Source: Nemertoderma westbladi
Lineage: Eukaryota; Animalia; Xenacoelomorpha
DNA length: 64,000 bases
Assembly: GCA_032718475.1 (NCBI GenBank)
Contig: JAUCBJ010006452.1
Location: 10,949 to 74,948 of the forward strand
Direction of reading: 5' to 3'
The position numbers and the translations under genes were made by a program. The notes beneath the pieces are model-generated. The model did no database searches and was not told the origin of the DNA. It was given only the letters and a program-made list of their open reading frames with translations. Each line of letters opens with the position of its first letter. The stretch's first letter is position 1. Positions 1 through 11,625 of the stretch are shown in pieces.

Positions 1-14
1 CCATCATAGTAGGC

Positions 15-950
15 ATGGACTGCCCGACGGCCCACGAGAGAATACAAACGGTCTTCGGCGAAGACAGGGAGTGTGACCCAGTGGCGATATTGACACCATT
101 CGGGTGGACACTGACAGGCCCAATCAAGAGTAATATTCCATTCCATGCATCTGAGAGTTCAGGATGCATGGTGCCAGGAAGTGTTAACGAGACAGAGGAG
201 AGACCAGAGATGGGCAATAGTGGCAGAGAGCTAGAAGTGGAAGCGACACCAAGAGAGTGGGCGGAGGAGAATGGCATGGATGCAGAGGATCTAGAGAGGA
301 TGGGTTGGAACAAAGGTCCCAGCAAGTATCGGTGTGGAGATGGAGAGGAGCGGACGGCGATATGTCTGGGGGACAGGCCGGAGGAGCGTCCGGTGGAGTG
401 TCCGGAAGAGACGCCGGTCCGGTTGGGAGGCATGCCGACAAGGGGGAGACCGAGCGGGACGACAAGGTGGAAAGGGAGAAGATTTGAGACGACCAGACCA
501 GGGGCGGGGAAGCCCGTGGGTGGGCGTGTGATAGACAAAGGAGCTGGGAAAGTAGCTCTAGGCGTGCCGCATACGCACGCGGGACTGACAGATTGTGAGG
601 GGGCATTACATGGGCAAAGAGCGTGTACACCGAAGGACGAACGGGGGTCGTCGAAGCCTTTAATGCCAGCACACATCTTAAGGGGGAGGCCAGTAGAGAT
701 GGCATCTAAGATTAAGGAGAAGAACAGGGGCGGCATTATACCGCCGAACGACACGTTGAAGGGTGGCACTCTGCCGCCAAAACACGACCACGAATTAAGA
801 AACATAAATAAAAGACAACACTTACCTATTAGGCATGAGAAAAAGACACCTATCGAATTGACAAGGAGAGTGGAGCGAAGAATTAGAGGACCTATAGGGG
901 GGAAGTGGGAGAGTTGCCTGCTGGAGGAATCACCCCTTGGGTCGCAATAA
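15..950 (+). CDS. 3' remnant of BEL/Pao gag-pol: protease tail joined in frame to an integrase C-terminal-like tail; RT/RNase H/integrase core missing
   Basis: MDCPTAHER...TPFGWTL is nearly identical to ORF 34189-36375. It ends with RGPIGGKWESCLLEE, resembling the BEL pol terminus RPxxKLCLLE. No YxDD or DDE motifs. Confidence 0.75.
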   Translation: MDCPTAHERIQTVFGEDRECDPVAILTPFGWTLTGPIKSNIPFHASESSGCMVPGSVNETEERPEMGNSGRELEVEATPREWAEENGMDAEDLERMGWNKGPSKYRCGDGEERTAICLGDRPEERPVECPEETPVRLGGMPTRGRPSGTTRWKGRRFETTRPGAGKPVGGRVIDKGAGKVALGVPHTHAGLTDCEGALHGQRACTPKDERGSSKPLMPAHILRGRPVEMASKIKEKNRGGIIPPNDTLKGGTLPPKHDHELRNINKRQHLPIRHEKKTPIELTRRVERRIRGPIGGKWESCLLEESPLGSQ

Positions 951-1151
951 GTTGGACCGAGAGGAAAGAGACAGATACGTAGAAGTGCGGGTAGAGGTGT
1001 TACCTGTCTTTTAGAGGGAGCGCCTTGATTCTAGAAGTGGAGGGAGTAAGTTTGTGTGTATATTATTAGTCGTCCATTTTGGACTGAGGGGGGTGGGATT
1101 GAGGGCTAGACGCCCTTCCCACACAAAATAATAAAATATAATAAAAAGAGT

Positions 1152-1775
1152 CAGTTAGTTAATTAGTTAAAGGTCTGTCCGCTAGTTAGCTAGAGTAGTT
1201 AGAGGGTACGTAGTACCGCTAGTTTATAGGAGTTAGTTAATTAGTTAAAGGTCTGTCCGCTAGTTAGCTGAAGTAGTTAGTTGGTTAAGGGTACGTAGTA
1301 CCGCTGGCTAGCTAGAGAGTAAGAGTTAGGGTAGTTAGTTAATTAGTTAAAGGTCTGTCCGCTAGTTAGCTGAAGTAGTTAGTTGGTTAAGGGTACGTAG
1401 TACCGCTGGCTAGCTAGAGAGTAAGAGTTAGGGTAGTTGGTTAATTAGTTAAGGGTACGTCCGCTAGTTAGCCGGAGTAGTTAGTTAGTTGAGGGTACGT
1501 AGTACCGCTAACTTGCTAGAGAGTAGGGTAGTTAGTTAATTAGTTAAGGGTCCGCCCGCTAGTTAGCTGGAATAGTTAGTTGGTTAAGGGTACGTAGTAC
1601 CGCTGATTAACTAGAAAGTAAGAGTTAGGATAGTTAGTTAATTAGTTAAAAGGGTCCGCCCGCTAGTTAGCTGGAGTAGTTAGTTGGTTAAGGGTACGTA
1701 GTACCGCTGACTAACTAGAGAGTAAGAATTAGTTAGTTAATTAGTTAGGGTCCGCCCGCTAGTTAGCTTAAGAGT
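1152..1775 (+). repeat. Tandem array, about 102-bp unit (two related ~50-bp halves), about 6 copies, inside family A element
   Basis: AGTTAGTTAATTAGTTAA...CCGCTAGTTAGC...GGGTACGTAGTACCGCT recurs, with unit starts at 1231, 1333 and 1435. Confidence 0.9.
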
Positions 1776-2225
1776 TAGAAGTAGGGATATAGATATAGAT
1801 ACTAGTTAGTAGTTAGAGGGGGGCATATGAGTACAGTCGGATAGATCGTGTAGGCCACGCGACACATACTACTGTACTGCATAGACCCACAGAGTAGGCC
1901 AGAATGTGGATTAGAAAGTAGGATAATTCACAGGCAATAGTAAGTAATAGCACGGCAGGGCAAGAAATAAATAGTATAGGGCTGAAAGTTACGAATTATG
2001 GTAACAGTAGAGAAATTATTCTGGAACATAATAAAAGTAACGGACAGAAATCGTAATTAGGGTACATTTGTTAGCTAGGGAATTAGATAAGAAACAATAT
2101 AAGAAAAAGGCGCAAATTAAGTAGAATATAGGCCATTATCGAACCGAAACATCGTAATACATCACTCATCTGTACTGCGCCTTGGTAAGGCACCACCTTG
2201 CAGGTGAGCGAGTGTAGAGTTCGGG

Positions 2226-3719
2226 ATGGCGAGCAAGTTGATCAGGAAGAGAAAGGCAGAGTCAGGAGGAAAGGAGACATTGGTGGACTTCACCAAGAGA
2301 CATCCGGAAGAGAAGACGAGAGGGTACTACGAACGGTTGGAGAGGGGTCACGCAGCACGAGCGCTACAAGACCATTTCAGGGAAGTGCAGGAACAGCGGC
2401 TGGTCGGGACCTACGGGACACCGTCGCTGGACAACGCGATATCCCAACACTTCCACTATGTAGTAAAGGGAGACGAAGAGAAGTTCGGGATTCCGAGGTA
2501 CGCCAGGGATTCGCCGAAGAAGGATTGGAAGAGGTTCGTAGAATCCGTCAGTAGAGGAGGATATATGATCCTGGATGACGAGGGAACCGTGGAAGACGGG
2601 AAGGGACATAGTGGGTCAACCGGGATACCGGGATTGGAACCACTGCGAGAGGAGGAAGAAGACGACGACGAGTTCGGGGAGATGCCACCCATTGCGAGGA
2701 TAGGCCGCTCGGATACGGACTGGGTTGGCGGAAGAGTGGTGACGGCCAGTGCGGCGCGAGCCTTCTGGGACACGCCCGGCAAGCGGGCCTGGGTGCACGA
2801 AGAACCGGCGATGGATTTCGCGGGGGACACCATCAGGCTGGGCGAACAACCGGGAACGGCACCACGGGTAGTATTCGGGGAGACGATGCCCGATAGGGGC
2901 GGAGAAATCGACGTAGAAAGAGACAGCAATGTGGAAAAGTTCGCCTACCAGCGACTCCATAGACCGCGGAGGTCGCTCGGGACGAGAGACGACGTGGGGC
3001 GGGAGACATTGGTACTAGGCTGCGACTACTGTGGGAGACAGACCCACCAGGAAAGGAGCTGTTTGTATCGGTTCCAGAGGGGAACCTTTTGTCTCTACTG
3101 CCGAGAAACAAGCCACAGGATGGGAGCGTGTCCACGGTTACACAACCGATGTCCAAAGTGCCACTTCCGGGGACACTACGGACGCCAGTGCGACTGGATG
3201 GACGACGAGGAGAAGTTCGCAAGGTTCGAGGAGTGGGCCGACGTAGGGGCTATGACGCGCCAGCGCATGAAGGCCCAGGAGTTCAAGTGGGGTTTCTTTC
3301 TCATAAACCAGGAGACCCACATGGAGATCATAAAGAGAAGGTTACCGTTTACCTATCAAGAGGTAGCGACGGCGGCGTCGTACGCCGGAGTTATGAACAC
3401 GCAACGGTACCTGGACAGATGGACACCGGAGAACCGAAAAGAGTTTAGGGATTTCTTGACGGAACACGTACCGCAAGCAATGAAAACGATCCTATGGGAC
3501 GCCACCAGAGGGAGGCAACCGGGCCACTCTGAGGGACCACCTGCGAAGCGGTATCGGGCACTAATAACACCAGCGCCCAAGGAGCCAACAACCGGAATCA
3601 GCAGGGAGGTGGCGGCAAAGGTCCGAAAACACAAAGCGGATCCCAGAGGAGCGGTGATAAGCAAGAAACGACCCAGGGAGGAGGACGCCAGGGGGAACCA
3701 CCCCCGAGGGAACAGATAG
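2226..3719 (+). CDS. Accessory ORF of BEL family A: 497-aa protein with three CCHC zinc knuckles
   Basis: Intact ORF between pol and the 3' LTR, with CDYCGRQTHQERSC, CLYCRETSHRMGAC and CPKCHFRGHYGRQC. No signal peptide or transmembrane helix. Confidence 0.85.
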   Translation: MASKLIRKRKAESGGKETLVDFTKRHPEEKTRGYYERLERGHAARALQDHFREVQEQRLVGTYGTPSLDNAISQHFHYVVKGDEEKFGIPRYARDSPKKDWKRFVESVSRGGYMILDDEGTVEDGKGHSGSTGIPGLEPLREEEEDDDEFGEMPPIARIGRSDTDWVGGRVVTASAARAFWDTPGKRAWVHEEPAMDFAGDTIRLGEQPGTAPRVVFGETMPDRGGEIDVERDSNVEKFAYQRLHRPRRSLGTRDDVGRETLVLGCDYCGRQTHQERSCLYRFQRGTFCLYCRETSHRMGACPRLHNRCPKCHFRGHYGRQCDWMDDEEKFARFEEWADVGAMTRQRMKAQEFKWGFFLINQETHMEIIKRRLPFTYQEVATAASYAGVMNTQRYLDRWTPENRKEFRDFLTEHVPQAMKTILWDATRGRQPGHSEGPPAKRYRALITPAPKEPTTGISREVAAKVRKHKADPRGAVISKKRPREEDARGNHPRGNR

Positions 3720-4405
3720 GTTCCAAGGAGGCGAGGGAGTAGAACTGAAACTAGCACGTGGTATGCCTGGAGGGCACCGCACGGAACGTACGAACTATTA
3801 AGTAATTTAATTAATGCAAATATTCATATAAGTGCAATCTGTACGTACGTACGTAGTAATCAGTAATAAAATACATACGTTCGGAGTAAGTACTATAGTC
3901 ATACAACCTTTCTCAACTAGCTACTGGGAATGGGGGGCTAACATGACTATGGGACTATGGACGAGACATGAGACGACTTCACACCACTTGAGTGCGACGG
4001 CACGGGGGGGGGGGAGGTGACATTCGTCAGAGTGGATGAGGTAGTCAGTGAGGGGTCGAGGAGAGAGTCAGATAGAGCGGAGTGCGGAAGGAGTGCGGGC
4101 GCAATCCTATAGTGGGAAAGTGGTAAGAGAGTGAGTAAGGGACAGAGAAGTCCAAGAGTAGAGTGAGAGTTAAGGGCGAAAGTGTTGGGGAAACAAAAAT
4201 CGTGTGAGAGGTGAGCGCGATCGGCCCGACGCGGACGCCAGGCATAAAGGGTAGCGTTATCATACCCAGAGGGAGCGGCCTGGAAAGTCGACTCCAAAAG
4301 AAAAGATTTCCACCCCACACCCGATGCTAGATCGGGATCCAGCGGGATTGTAACGCACTTTAAGGTTTGATGCTATCTTCACCGGGAAGATAGCATGGGG
4401 GGGAG

Positions 4406-4941
4406 TGTTAGCGAATCAATCCCGCCAATACTCCACAAAGTTGAGCCAATAAGCAATATTGGGGGACACGAGATTGGGTACCAACCAACTCGTGCCTCCC
4501 CAACAGAATGGGAGAGAGAAGCACACAATAAGGGTCAGGGGTTAGTATCCTGACAGAAGAGGGAATAGCTGGGGTGAACGGGAACACCCCAAAGGGCGCC
4601 AACAAGGGTAGCAACCAATCAGAGGGGGGCTGGCACCGATTGAGTATCGATAAGGCCACCATGCAATATAACCAGTAAGCAGTAATCACATTACCTCAGT
4701 TATCTCAGTGTTACTGGTGGTACAGTAAGTTACAATTAGGGAAGTACCGGGATTTTAGTTACCGTCGTCCCGACAGCCATTAATGTTAGTGTATAACATC
4801 AATCTATATCTATATCTATATCACATCTCAACGTCAGAATATAACGAACAACAATAACTCCAACTTTATACTCTTTCATACGGCGGGGACGCGTGAACTA
4901 AACCGGATAAATCGGGTTCATCTCCGGATGATCCCGTCACA
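4406..4941 (+). repeat. 3' LTR of family A copy 1 (536 bp, TG...CA)
   Basis: TGTTAGC...GTCACA, preceded by the PPT. Colinear with 31598-32132 but clearly diverged from it. Confidence 0.92.
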
Positions 4942-4945
4942 TTGG

Positions 4946-5290
4946 TCAATCTAGTCCCATAGAAAAATAATAGTTAGATTGATGAAATTGAACCTACTTT
5001 CAACTTCTTCAATCCAGACTTTCTGTCTAGATTGATCAGATTTAACAGATTGAAAATGTAGAGCCGAAGTATCCCTCTGTGCAGAGATGCCATGGGTTAG
5101 TAGGGCAGGCTTATCCATACCTAAAGGAATAAAGAGCAGGGCGGCTAGGCGGGTAGACTAAGCTCAAAGAGCAGGGCGGCTACTTCAAACATCTATAGGC
5201 CAGGCTACTATTGAAATCCCGCAGAGCTTGAGAGTGATTGACAGGCACAGTAACAATACAGATGGTGTATGGTGACTTTCTGAATTGCAG
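4946..5290 (+). repeat. Dispersed repeat, second copy at 38889-39230
   Basis: Near-identical CATAGAAAAATAATAGTTAGATTGATGAAATTGAACCTAC...GATTGACAGGCAC at both sites. Confidence 0.85.
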
Positions 5291-6499
5291 TTTCAGTACA
5301 CCTGCCGTCTGCAGAAGTTATTGCCAAATTTCTCCTCTCCACTCCAACTCCATAAGTCAACATGGCATGGCCTTGTGTAACAAAGCCACTAATGAAATGG
5401 GCCGCACTTTTGCCGCCTAGTTGAATTAATAACATGTTGCCCTGTCAAGCCAGGAGTGCCTTAATAAATTTAATCAGCTACAGTCATACTGATAAATATT
5501 TTCCACTTTATATAAATAAACAAATTTAAAAGCAGAATCAATATTCTTAATTTTCTGAAGCTAAAGAAACCAAATGTCCTTACATTCGTTTCTCAGTTAG
5601 TTTAACAGTTATGTCCTTGACGTTCAAACCTTTATTACTTTGTTTAACCACTATATTCCACCATATTCGTTATATAGACTTGAGGCACCTGCTCCAATGA
5701 ACCTCCGGCCGCACGGCCGATCGCCCGCTGGCCGTAGCGATCAGGGCTAATTGGATTGCAGGGAGTAGGAAATGCCCCCCCCCCCCCCCCCCACGTTTGG
5801 CCGCCACGCTCAGTAGGCCCCTTGCTTAGACAATAGTCTATGCAGCAAGAGGAAATTGATAAGTACAGTAGGAAAGACTTGTCTTTTCTGTGGGCCGCAC
5901 ACCCGCATGTATAGATAGAGAGATGTGCAGATGTGAGTGTAGGAAGTAAAGTTAGGCATGGGCGGGGGTGGTTACATTAGGTAGGTTTAATATGATTTTC
6001 ACTCAGCGCAGTTCGCACTAATCCCTATCGATTATGTTGCCATTTTTTGTTACTTATTGTTTCCCGCCCTCCCTTGCAATCAATATTAAAACAGACCCCT
6101 GCGCCCCTGCGAATGTTTGATAGATTAATTGTTACATATAAATAATATTCAAACAAAAAATAAATGTTCTTGTTTATTATATTTATGGAATGATCTCTTT
6201 ATTAGCTAGTCCAAATGTAATCAGTGAGTAAAACATTTAATTTGTAAAAGTTATAAATAATTATGCTTACAGTACTACATGTACTTTATTTGCTTGCAAG
6301 TGCCCCATAATTATCTGATCCCTGCAATAATCTCTTTTAAACCAATGCAACGGCTCTATTTTGGGGAGCCAACCATGTCCGCCTGTCAATCACTCAGTTG
6401 GCTAGAAACCTGCGGCGTCCTGAAAGATATTTCCAGATTGATGAAATTGAGCAGATTGAACAGATTGAAAAATGGACTTTAATTGAGAACATAACTGTA

Positions 6500-7616
6500 C
6501 GTGACCGAGAGACTGAATCAAAGGCCTTGAAGAAGTCAACAAAGATAACAGCCAGATGCCTGTCTTTCTTTTTTGATAATTCTTCAATTATCCTTCTAAG
6601 TGCCAAAATGGGCTCCATGGTCCCACGACCTTTACGGAACCCATTCTGATTTCCACGGAGCAGTCTCTCAATGGGATCCCTGATGCGATTTAATAGAATC
6701 CTATTGTATAGCTTTGCAGCAATCGAGATCAATGAGATTCCCCGAAAAGAACCATAGAGTGTTAGGTTGCCCTTCTTGGGAACTGGCACCAACTTATTTG
6801 TTTTCATTTCTTGTGGGACTCTTGTTGTTCGGTACATGTCTACTATGATGGGATAGATGAGCTTTAAACACTCAGGTATTTTAAAGACCTCAGGGGGAAA
6901 ACTATCTACTACACTGGCACGATTGGTCTAAATGCTCTTTGCAGCAGCCTTCACTTCTGCAAAGGAGATATCACCAATGGGAATATCTGGGAGTACAGAC
7001 TCAGACACTTTTACTTCTATAAAGTTATCAGGCAATACCCTGTCATTATTGAGGAGCTTTTCAAAGTGGGCCTTCCAACCATTGAGGCGATCGGCTGGTG
7101 ATTCAGCCTTAACCTTCCTTCGTGGTTGGTTGGCTTTTTCGACCAGCAAGCAAGTTGATAGATCTCCATGCCTGGGATGATTGCCTGCTGTCGTCAGCAT
7201 CATTGATGGCATCAACCTGTTGGTTTATTAGCTCCTGTAAATTAACAGAATACTGCCTGTTCAGGGACCTAGATGCAGCCTTAACTGCATTCTTGGCCGC
7301 TGTAGTCTGTTTGAGTCGGGACTCTTTCTGCGCCTTGTAGAGGTCATTTCGGCACTTCTGAATTTTGTTGACAGTCCAGGGGGCCCGTTTCCTGTTTCGA
7401 GGGTATACAGGAACTGTTTCTGCCGATGTGATCTGTGATCTGCGAACTGTGATCTGCCGCCTCAGAGGCAAGAACCTTATACCTGTTGCTCATGCTCAGT
7501 TGTAGTGTGAAGCTGGATCTCACACTTGGCTGTTGCAACAGAGGGGACCAGTCATGCTGCGGCAAGGCAGATTTCGTTGTTCTGCTAGCAAGCAGACTAA
7601 GTCTTACCCTGGCCAC
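6500..7616 (-). pseudogene. RTE-like LINE, linker plus N-terminal reverse transcriptase (frameshifted, 3'-truncated)
   Basis: PVPKKGNL..FRGISLISIAAKLYNRILLNRI..NQNGFRKGRGT..FVDFFKAFDSV, with fragments in several frames. Confidence 0.88.
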
Positions 7617-8393
7617 AATACGGCCCTTACATGCCAAAACCGTCTAATTCAAATTTTTTGAAAAATGACATATGCATATATTTGGAATCAGAAAAACGAG
7701 GCGCATCTTTGTAGTCAAGTCTTAAGACGTAATTATGAAGTCCTAAGGAGTTATATTTTTGCCAAAACCGGCTATCTCAACATCTGTCAATAATAGTAAA
7801 TCCCAAAACCATCTATCTTTACTTAGATTGATTTGGAATTAAACATTAAGTTTGGTTTTATTGTTTCCTTTATGCCGAAACCGTCTATCTGTGAATTCTA
7901 GTCTATCTGTGTATTCTGTCTACTTGTATTCCGTTGGATTCAATATCTAATAATTTTTCATTTTTAATTTACCAAAACAGTCGAGTCTATCTCTATGATC
8001 TACAATACAATAATGACACTAAACTTGCCTTATAGCCTACAATTATGTTTTTACTAGTATCTAGTTTTACTAGTTTCCTAAAATGTAATGGGCTATCCAA
8101 CATCGCAAACGCCATTTATATAGCTACAGTATGATTGTTTTCGTGCCATGGTAACGCTCTGACACCCATCTCCAGTATTTTTCGTGCTAAAATTTTCAAA
8201 AGTTTTTATGACTAACTAAAATAAATTTTATGACCTTTATTAAAAATTTTGATTTTTTTTGGAGTGCTGATCACGAATGTGACACTGAAATATATCGCAC
8301 ATTGTTGATTATGGCATTTTTAGAAATGTGTCAATGTGCGGCACGAAAAATATAAATGTAGAAAAATTTGTTAATCAAAAATCATTACTAAAT

Positions 8394-9600
8394 TGTTCGC
8401 GCTTTCAGACCTTTGGCAGTTTAACCCGCCAAATTATGATGTCTTCTAGATATTAAATCGCTTTTTAGCCTATGACAAGTATTTGATTCACTACACTAGT
8501 CGAAACCAATCTGTGCGCGATCATTCACCCGCTGGATATACCCGGGGGATTGGGTTCGACGGTTTAATCTTATTGCTATGTAAGCCTAACGTATTATTCG
8601 ACTGACAGTATTATATAATCTCTGACAATATTATTCACCTTCGGGGAATATTAACAGTTCCTTTAGGACGTGGCGCTCTATCCATATAAACAGAGTTATG
8701 ACTTAAACTACTCACAACGATATGGCTTAATTATAATTCACATATATGGCGCATTCTTTAGGAAATGCTTCTTTAACAGACTCACTCATACACAATGCTG
8801 CACAATACTGCACATTAATCCGCCGATCTTCACTGATTTTAGTCACATATAAAAGGAACACCGACTGACTCATGTAGGGTCTATCAAATAACATTAGATT
8901 CACTTCAAACCACTTTAACATAAGTCACAATCGATATATGTAACCCTTCTCTCTTACCTTCGGTATATCAAGAATATTGGGTTTCGGGGTTGTTTCTCGT
9001 TATTCCAAATATAATAATTCATCCACAAATATAATGAATAACCGACAGCAAAGCAGTAATGTTAAGTTAAGTTGCACAGTATGGGCCAATTAACCAGTTT
9101 GTTTTGAGTTAAGACAATCAGCAATTAGTTTGCGAGTGATTCGTTAGTTAAAGGATATATGTCCTTATAATTAAACCTACTAGTGTGAAGCTAAAAAGCA
9201 TAAAAGCACAAAACACTACAAAGCCGTTCTTTCGTGGCTTTGAAAAACTCGTGACTACTACTCTATACGAGGATACCAACTACCCTTATTCCACGAAGCT
9301 CCCGTTCAACACAGAGAAAGAGCAGTGAGATAGGAAAATTTCAGTTCAGTAGCTCTGTGATAGGTCAAAATCAAAGCTAACTCAAATTCTATTGGGAGAT
9401 ACAAAAACAGGGCTATGACGCAACCTCCCTAGGCTGGTTGTCCGATTAAACAGAGCCCAGTTACCTGCTTACAGCAAATCAGCCAATAAGCTGGTAGCTT
9501 GCACTATTTTAGTTATAGATCCCCTTTAGAGTATTCTAGCGACCGGGGGGGAACTGGCCAGCAAAGCAAACGAACCAGTTATCCCACAAAAGCTTTTACA
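8394..9600 (-). repeat. 3' LTR of family B (1207 bp)
   Basis: TG...CA ends. About five substitutions relative to 25746-26952 were seen by eye. Confidence 0.96.
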
Positions 9601-9678
9601 CCGCTCCCAGAAAATGGGATTTAAGTCTATAAAATATACAAAATTACAGTTTCTAAAATATAAAAATACTCTAAACAG

Positions 9679-11568
9679 TTAGTCTTTCTTGCGCGGACGG
9701 CGTTTACGCAGTTTCTTGAGGCTAGCAAGAGTCCTTTTCTCTTTGGGGCGAGCCACTTTATGAGGAGGGCTGTAGCTCCTAGGTGAAGGGTGCAATACAA
9801 TTGCATCAGAAGGTGTAGGGTTACGATCGGTATACCCGCCGGTCGAAGTACCTGGTTGATTAATATCAACCTCAGTGGAGCGAGGTCTAACGGTCTCTAG
9901 AGCGCGTCTCAGGACAGCAGCTCCTACGGGTCCCTGACGGGTCGTCTGGACACTAGCGGTGGGTGGACCGTGAGTGGTAAGGAACTTTCGCGGTTTAATG
10001 GTTCTCTCCAGCTTGCGTTCTCGGGTTTGATATTCATATGGGCGCCGAGATACTTCCTGGAGTTCAGGATGCGAGTTCACAAAAATGTCGCCATACTCAG
10101 GGTCCTGACGGATAAAATTGATCAGGTGATATGTAGTTATATCATTAGGGTTGACGTTTCTAAGGTATTTTCTGACAAACTTGGTGGAAATACACTCACC
10201 AACACGCTTCATTAACTCGTAACTGGGTACGCATGTTTTCTGTTCAATCGACGCAAATAGGTAAGGATGGAACTCGTAAACTCCCTCGTAAGCTCGTCCA
10301 GGGTAATAGCGATGTCTGGATTCGCAATGTAAATCTGCGTTTGCTTCCCAAGCTCGAATGTATCGCAGGGTGATCATTTCGTCTACGCTCTCTAAATCGC
10401 GATTAAAGGGACAATTGTAACTTTCATGTCCTTTAAGTTGACAGTAGTGACATTGAGTCATAAATTGTGGGCAGAAGGCAAAAATATGAGAGTTATTAAG
10501 TCTGCAATAAGCACAATATATTTCCATCATCGGTTGTTCGAGGAAATAGGAGCAAGGTGCGTTGGAGTCGAGAGGAGTGAAGTGGTCTCTCGATGCGCAT
10601 AATCGACAACGTTTTCGAGAAACGTAGTTGGCGTGTCGATAATCGTACGCTGTGAGACGTTGTGGACCTTGATACCACTCTATGACATAATCATTGTCAC
10701 TGCTCCGGGAAGCTGTAGGCTGAATCGCTTCTGATTCCAAGCATACTGGCTCATCCTCCAGCTGCATAGACGAAGTGGGTGCGTCTGTTTCCGTAAGTGG
10801 ACCCACTGTCTGTATTTCCACGACAGAATAACCTATAGGTATTCGAGGTCTTTGTATAACCGATGAATGTAAGTTCTGTATACAAATTTCTTGAAAAACG
10901 GCAAATCCAGCGCTACTCAGTTTCTCAGCAGCTGAGTCTCTCAGACTGAGTTTGGTCAGCGCGCGGTCCTTGAACTGACTATCAACGTTACGGAACGGAG
11001 TCAGGAAGCGCCGGAAACATTCAAAACGTATAAACTTATTGTGTTCGTCTAACTTGGCGAGTTTAGTTCCAAGTATCAATGGGTGAGCGCGTATGGTACG
11101 ACTGCACACATCGGCTAGCCAACCGGCAAGTGCTGCGTTTTCAAAGATCGTGCATATAGCTAAGGAAGGACGAAGTGGAACACTCATAAAGCTATACACG
11201 GCACCAGGCGCAGTTAATGGTCCATCGAAATATAAACGAGAGTAATGATCTCCATATACTTGCTGGTAATTGATAGGATTTCCAACCTTGAAATTCCAAC
11301 CATATTCTTGAAAGGCAAGATGTCCGATGGATGTCCGTTGTACTTTAGTAATGCCGCAGGGGGTATTGGCATACATAGTGCGAAAGAAACCTCGGCCTTC
11401 GGCCCAAGGAGCAATCAGCTGAGTATCAACGAAAGGGTATGGAATGTTCTCCATATTCCGGAAGTCGTTTTGGAGGTCTCCATAAACAGCTGAGCCGATT
11501 TTTAGAATTCTTTCGTTAAACAACATTTCGAGTACAGGTTGGGGTAACATTGATCCATCGATACCCAT
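9679..11568 (-). CDS. Accessory ORF, C-terminal part: DEDDy/RNase D-like 3'-5' exonuclease-like domain plus triple zinc knuckle and basic tail
   Basis: LPQPVLEMLFNERILKIGSAVYGD...FVDT resembles the WRN/EXD/Mut-7 Exo II region. Knuckles are CRLCASRDH..C, CAYCRLNNSHIFAFC and CHYCQLKGHESYNC. The C-terminus KKLRKRRPRKK is NLS-like. Confidence 0.75.
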   Translation of the reverse strand: MGIDGSMLPQPVLEMLFNERILKIGSAVYGDLQNDFRNMENIPYPFVDTQLIAPWAEGRGFFRTMYANTPCGITKVQRTSIGHLAFQEYGWNFKVGNPINYQQVYGDHYSRLYFDGPLTAPGAVYSFMSVPLRPSLAICTIFENAALAGWLADVCSRTIRAHPLILGTKLAKLDEHNKFIRFECFRRFLTPFRNVDSQFKDRALTKLSLRDSAAEKLSSAGFAVFQEICIQNLHSSVIQRPRIPIGYSVVEIQTVGPLTETDAPTSSMQLEDEPVCLESEAIQPTASRSSDNDYVIEWYQGPQRLTAYDYRHANYVSRKRCRLCASRDHFTPLDSNAPCSYFLEQPMMEIYCAYCRLNNSHIFAFCPQFMTQCHYCQLKGHESYNCPFNRDLESVDEMITLRYIRAWEANADLHCESRHRYYPGRAYEGVYEFHPYLFASIEQKTCVPSYELMKRVGECISTKFVRKYLRNVNPNDITTYHLINFIRQDPEYGDIFVNSHPELQEVSRRPYEYQTRERKLERTIKPRKFLTTHGPPTASVQTTRQGPVGAAVLRRALETVRPRSTEVDINQPGTSTGGYTDRNPTPSDAIVLHPSPRSYSPPHKVARPKEKRTLASLKKLRKRRPRKKD

Positions 11569-11625
11569 GGCCGGTTTGCGCTCGGTGTCGGTGACGTAAC
11601 GCTGCGCGAGCTCGAATTGTCCATG

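Larger units (their letters stand above)
1..4941 (+). mobile_element. BEL/Pao LTR retrotransposon family A, copy 1 (internally deleted; 5' part lies upstream of the window)
   Basis: Bases 1-170 match the post-protease pol region of the copy at 35300-35470. The element ends in a polypurine tract (GGGGGGGAG at about 4397-4405) followed by an LTR homologous to 31598-32132. Confidence 0.9.

Noticed and set aside
4942-4960. TTGG after the LTR as a tRNA PBS
   Set aside because: This LTR is preceded by a PPT, so it is a 3' LTR, and the following bases belong to a dispersed repeat also found at 38889.
5232-6395. 15-bp inverted repeat GAGTGATTGACAGGC / GCCTGTCAATCACTC as MITE ends
   Set aside because: No TSD, and the left arm is internal to the dispersed repeat.
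8670-8921. Short ORFs inside the family B LTRs (also 26022-26273)
   Set aside because: They recur only because the LTR is duplicated, have no motifs and are not preserved in the diverged LTR.
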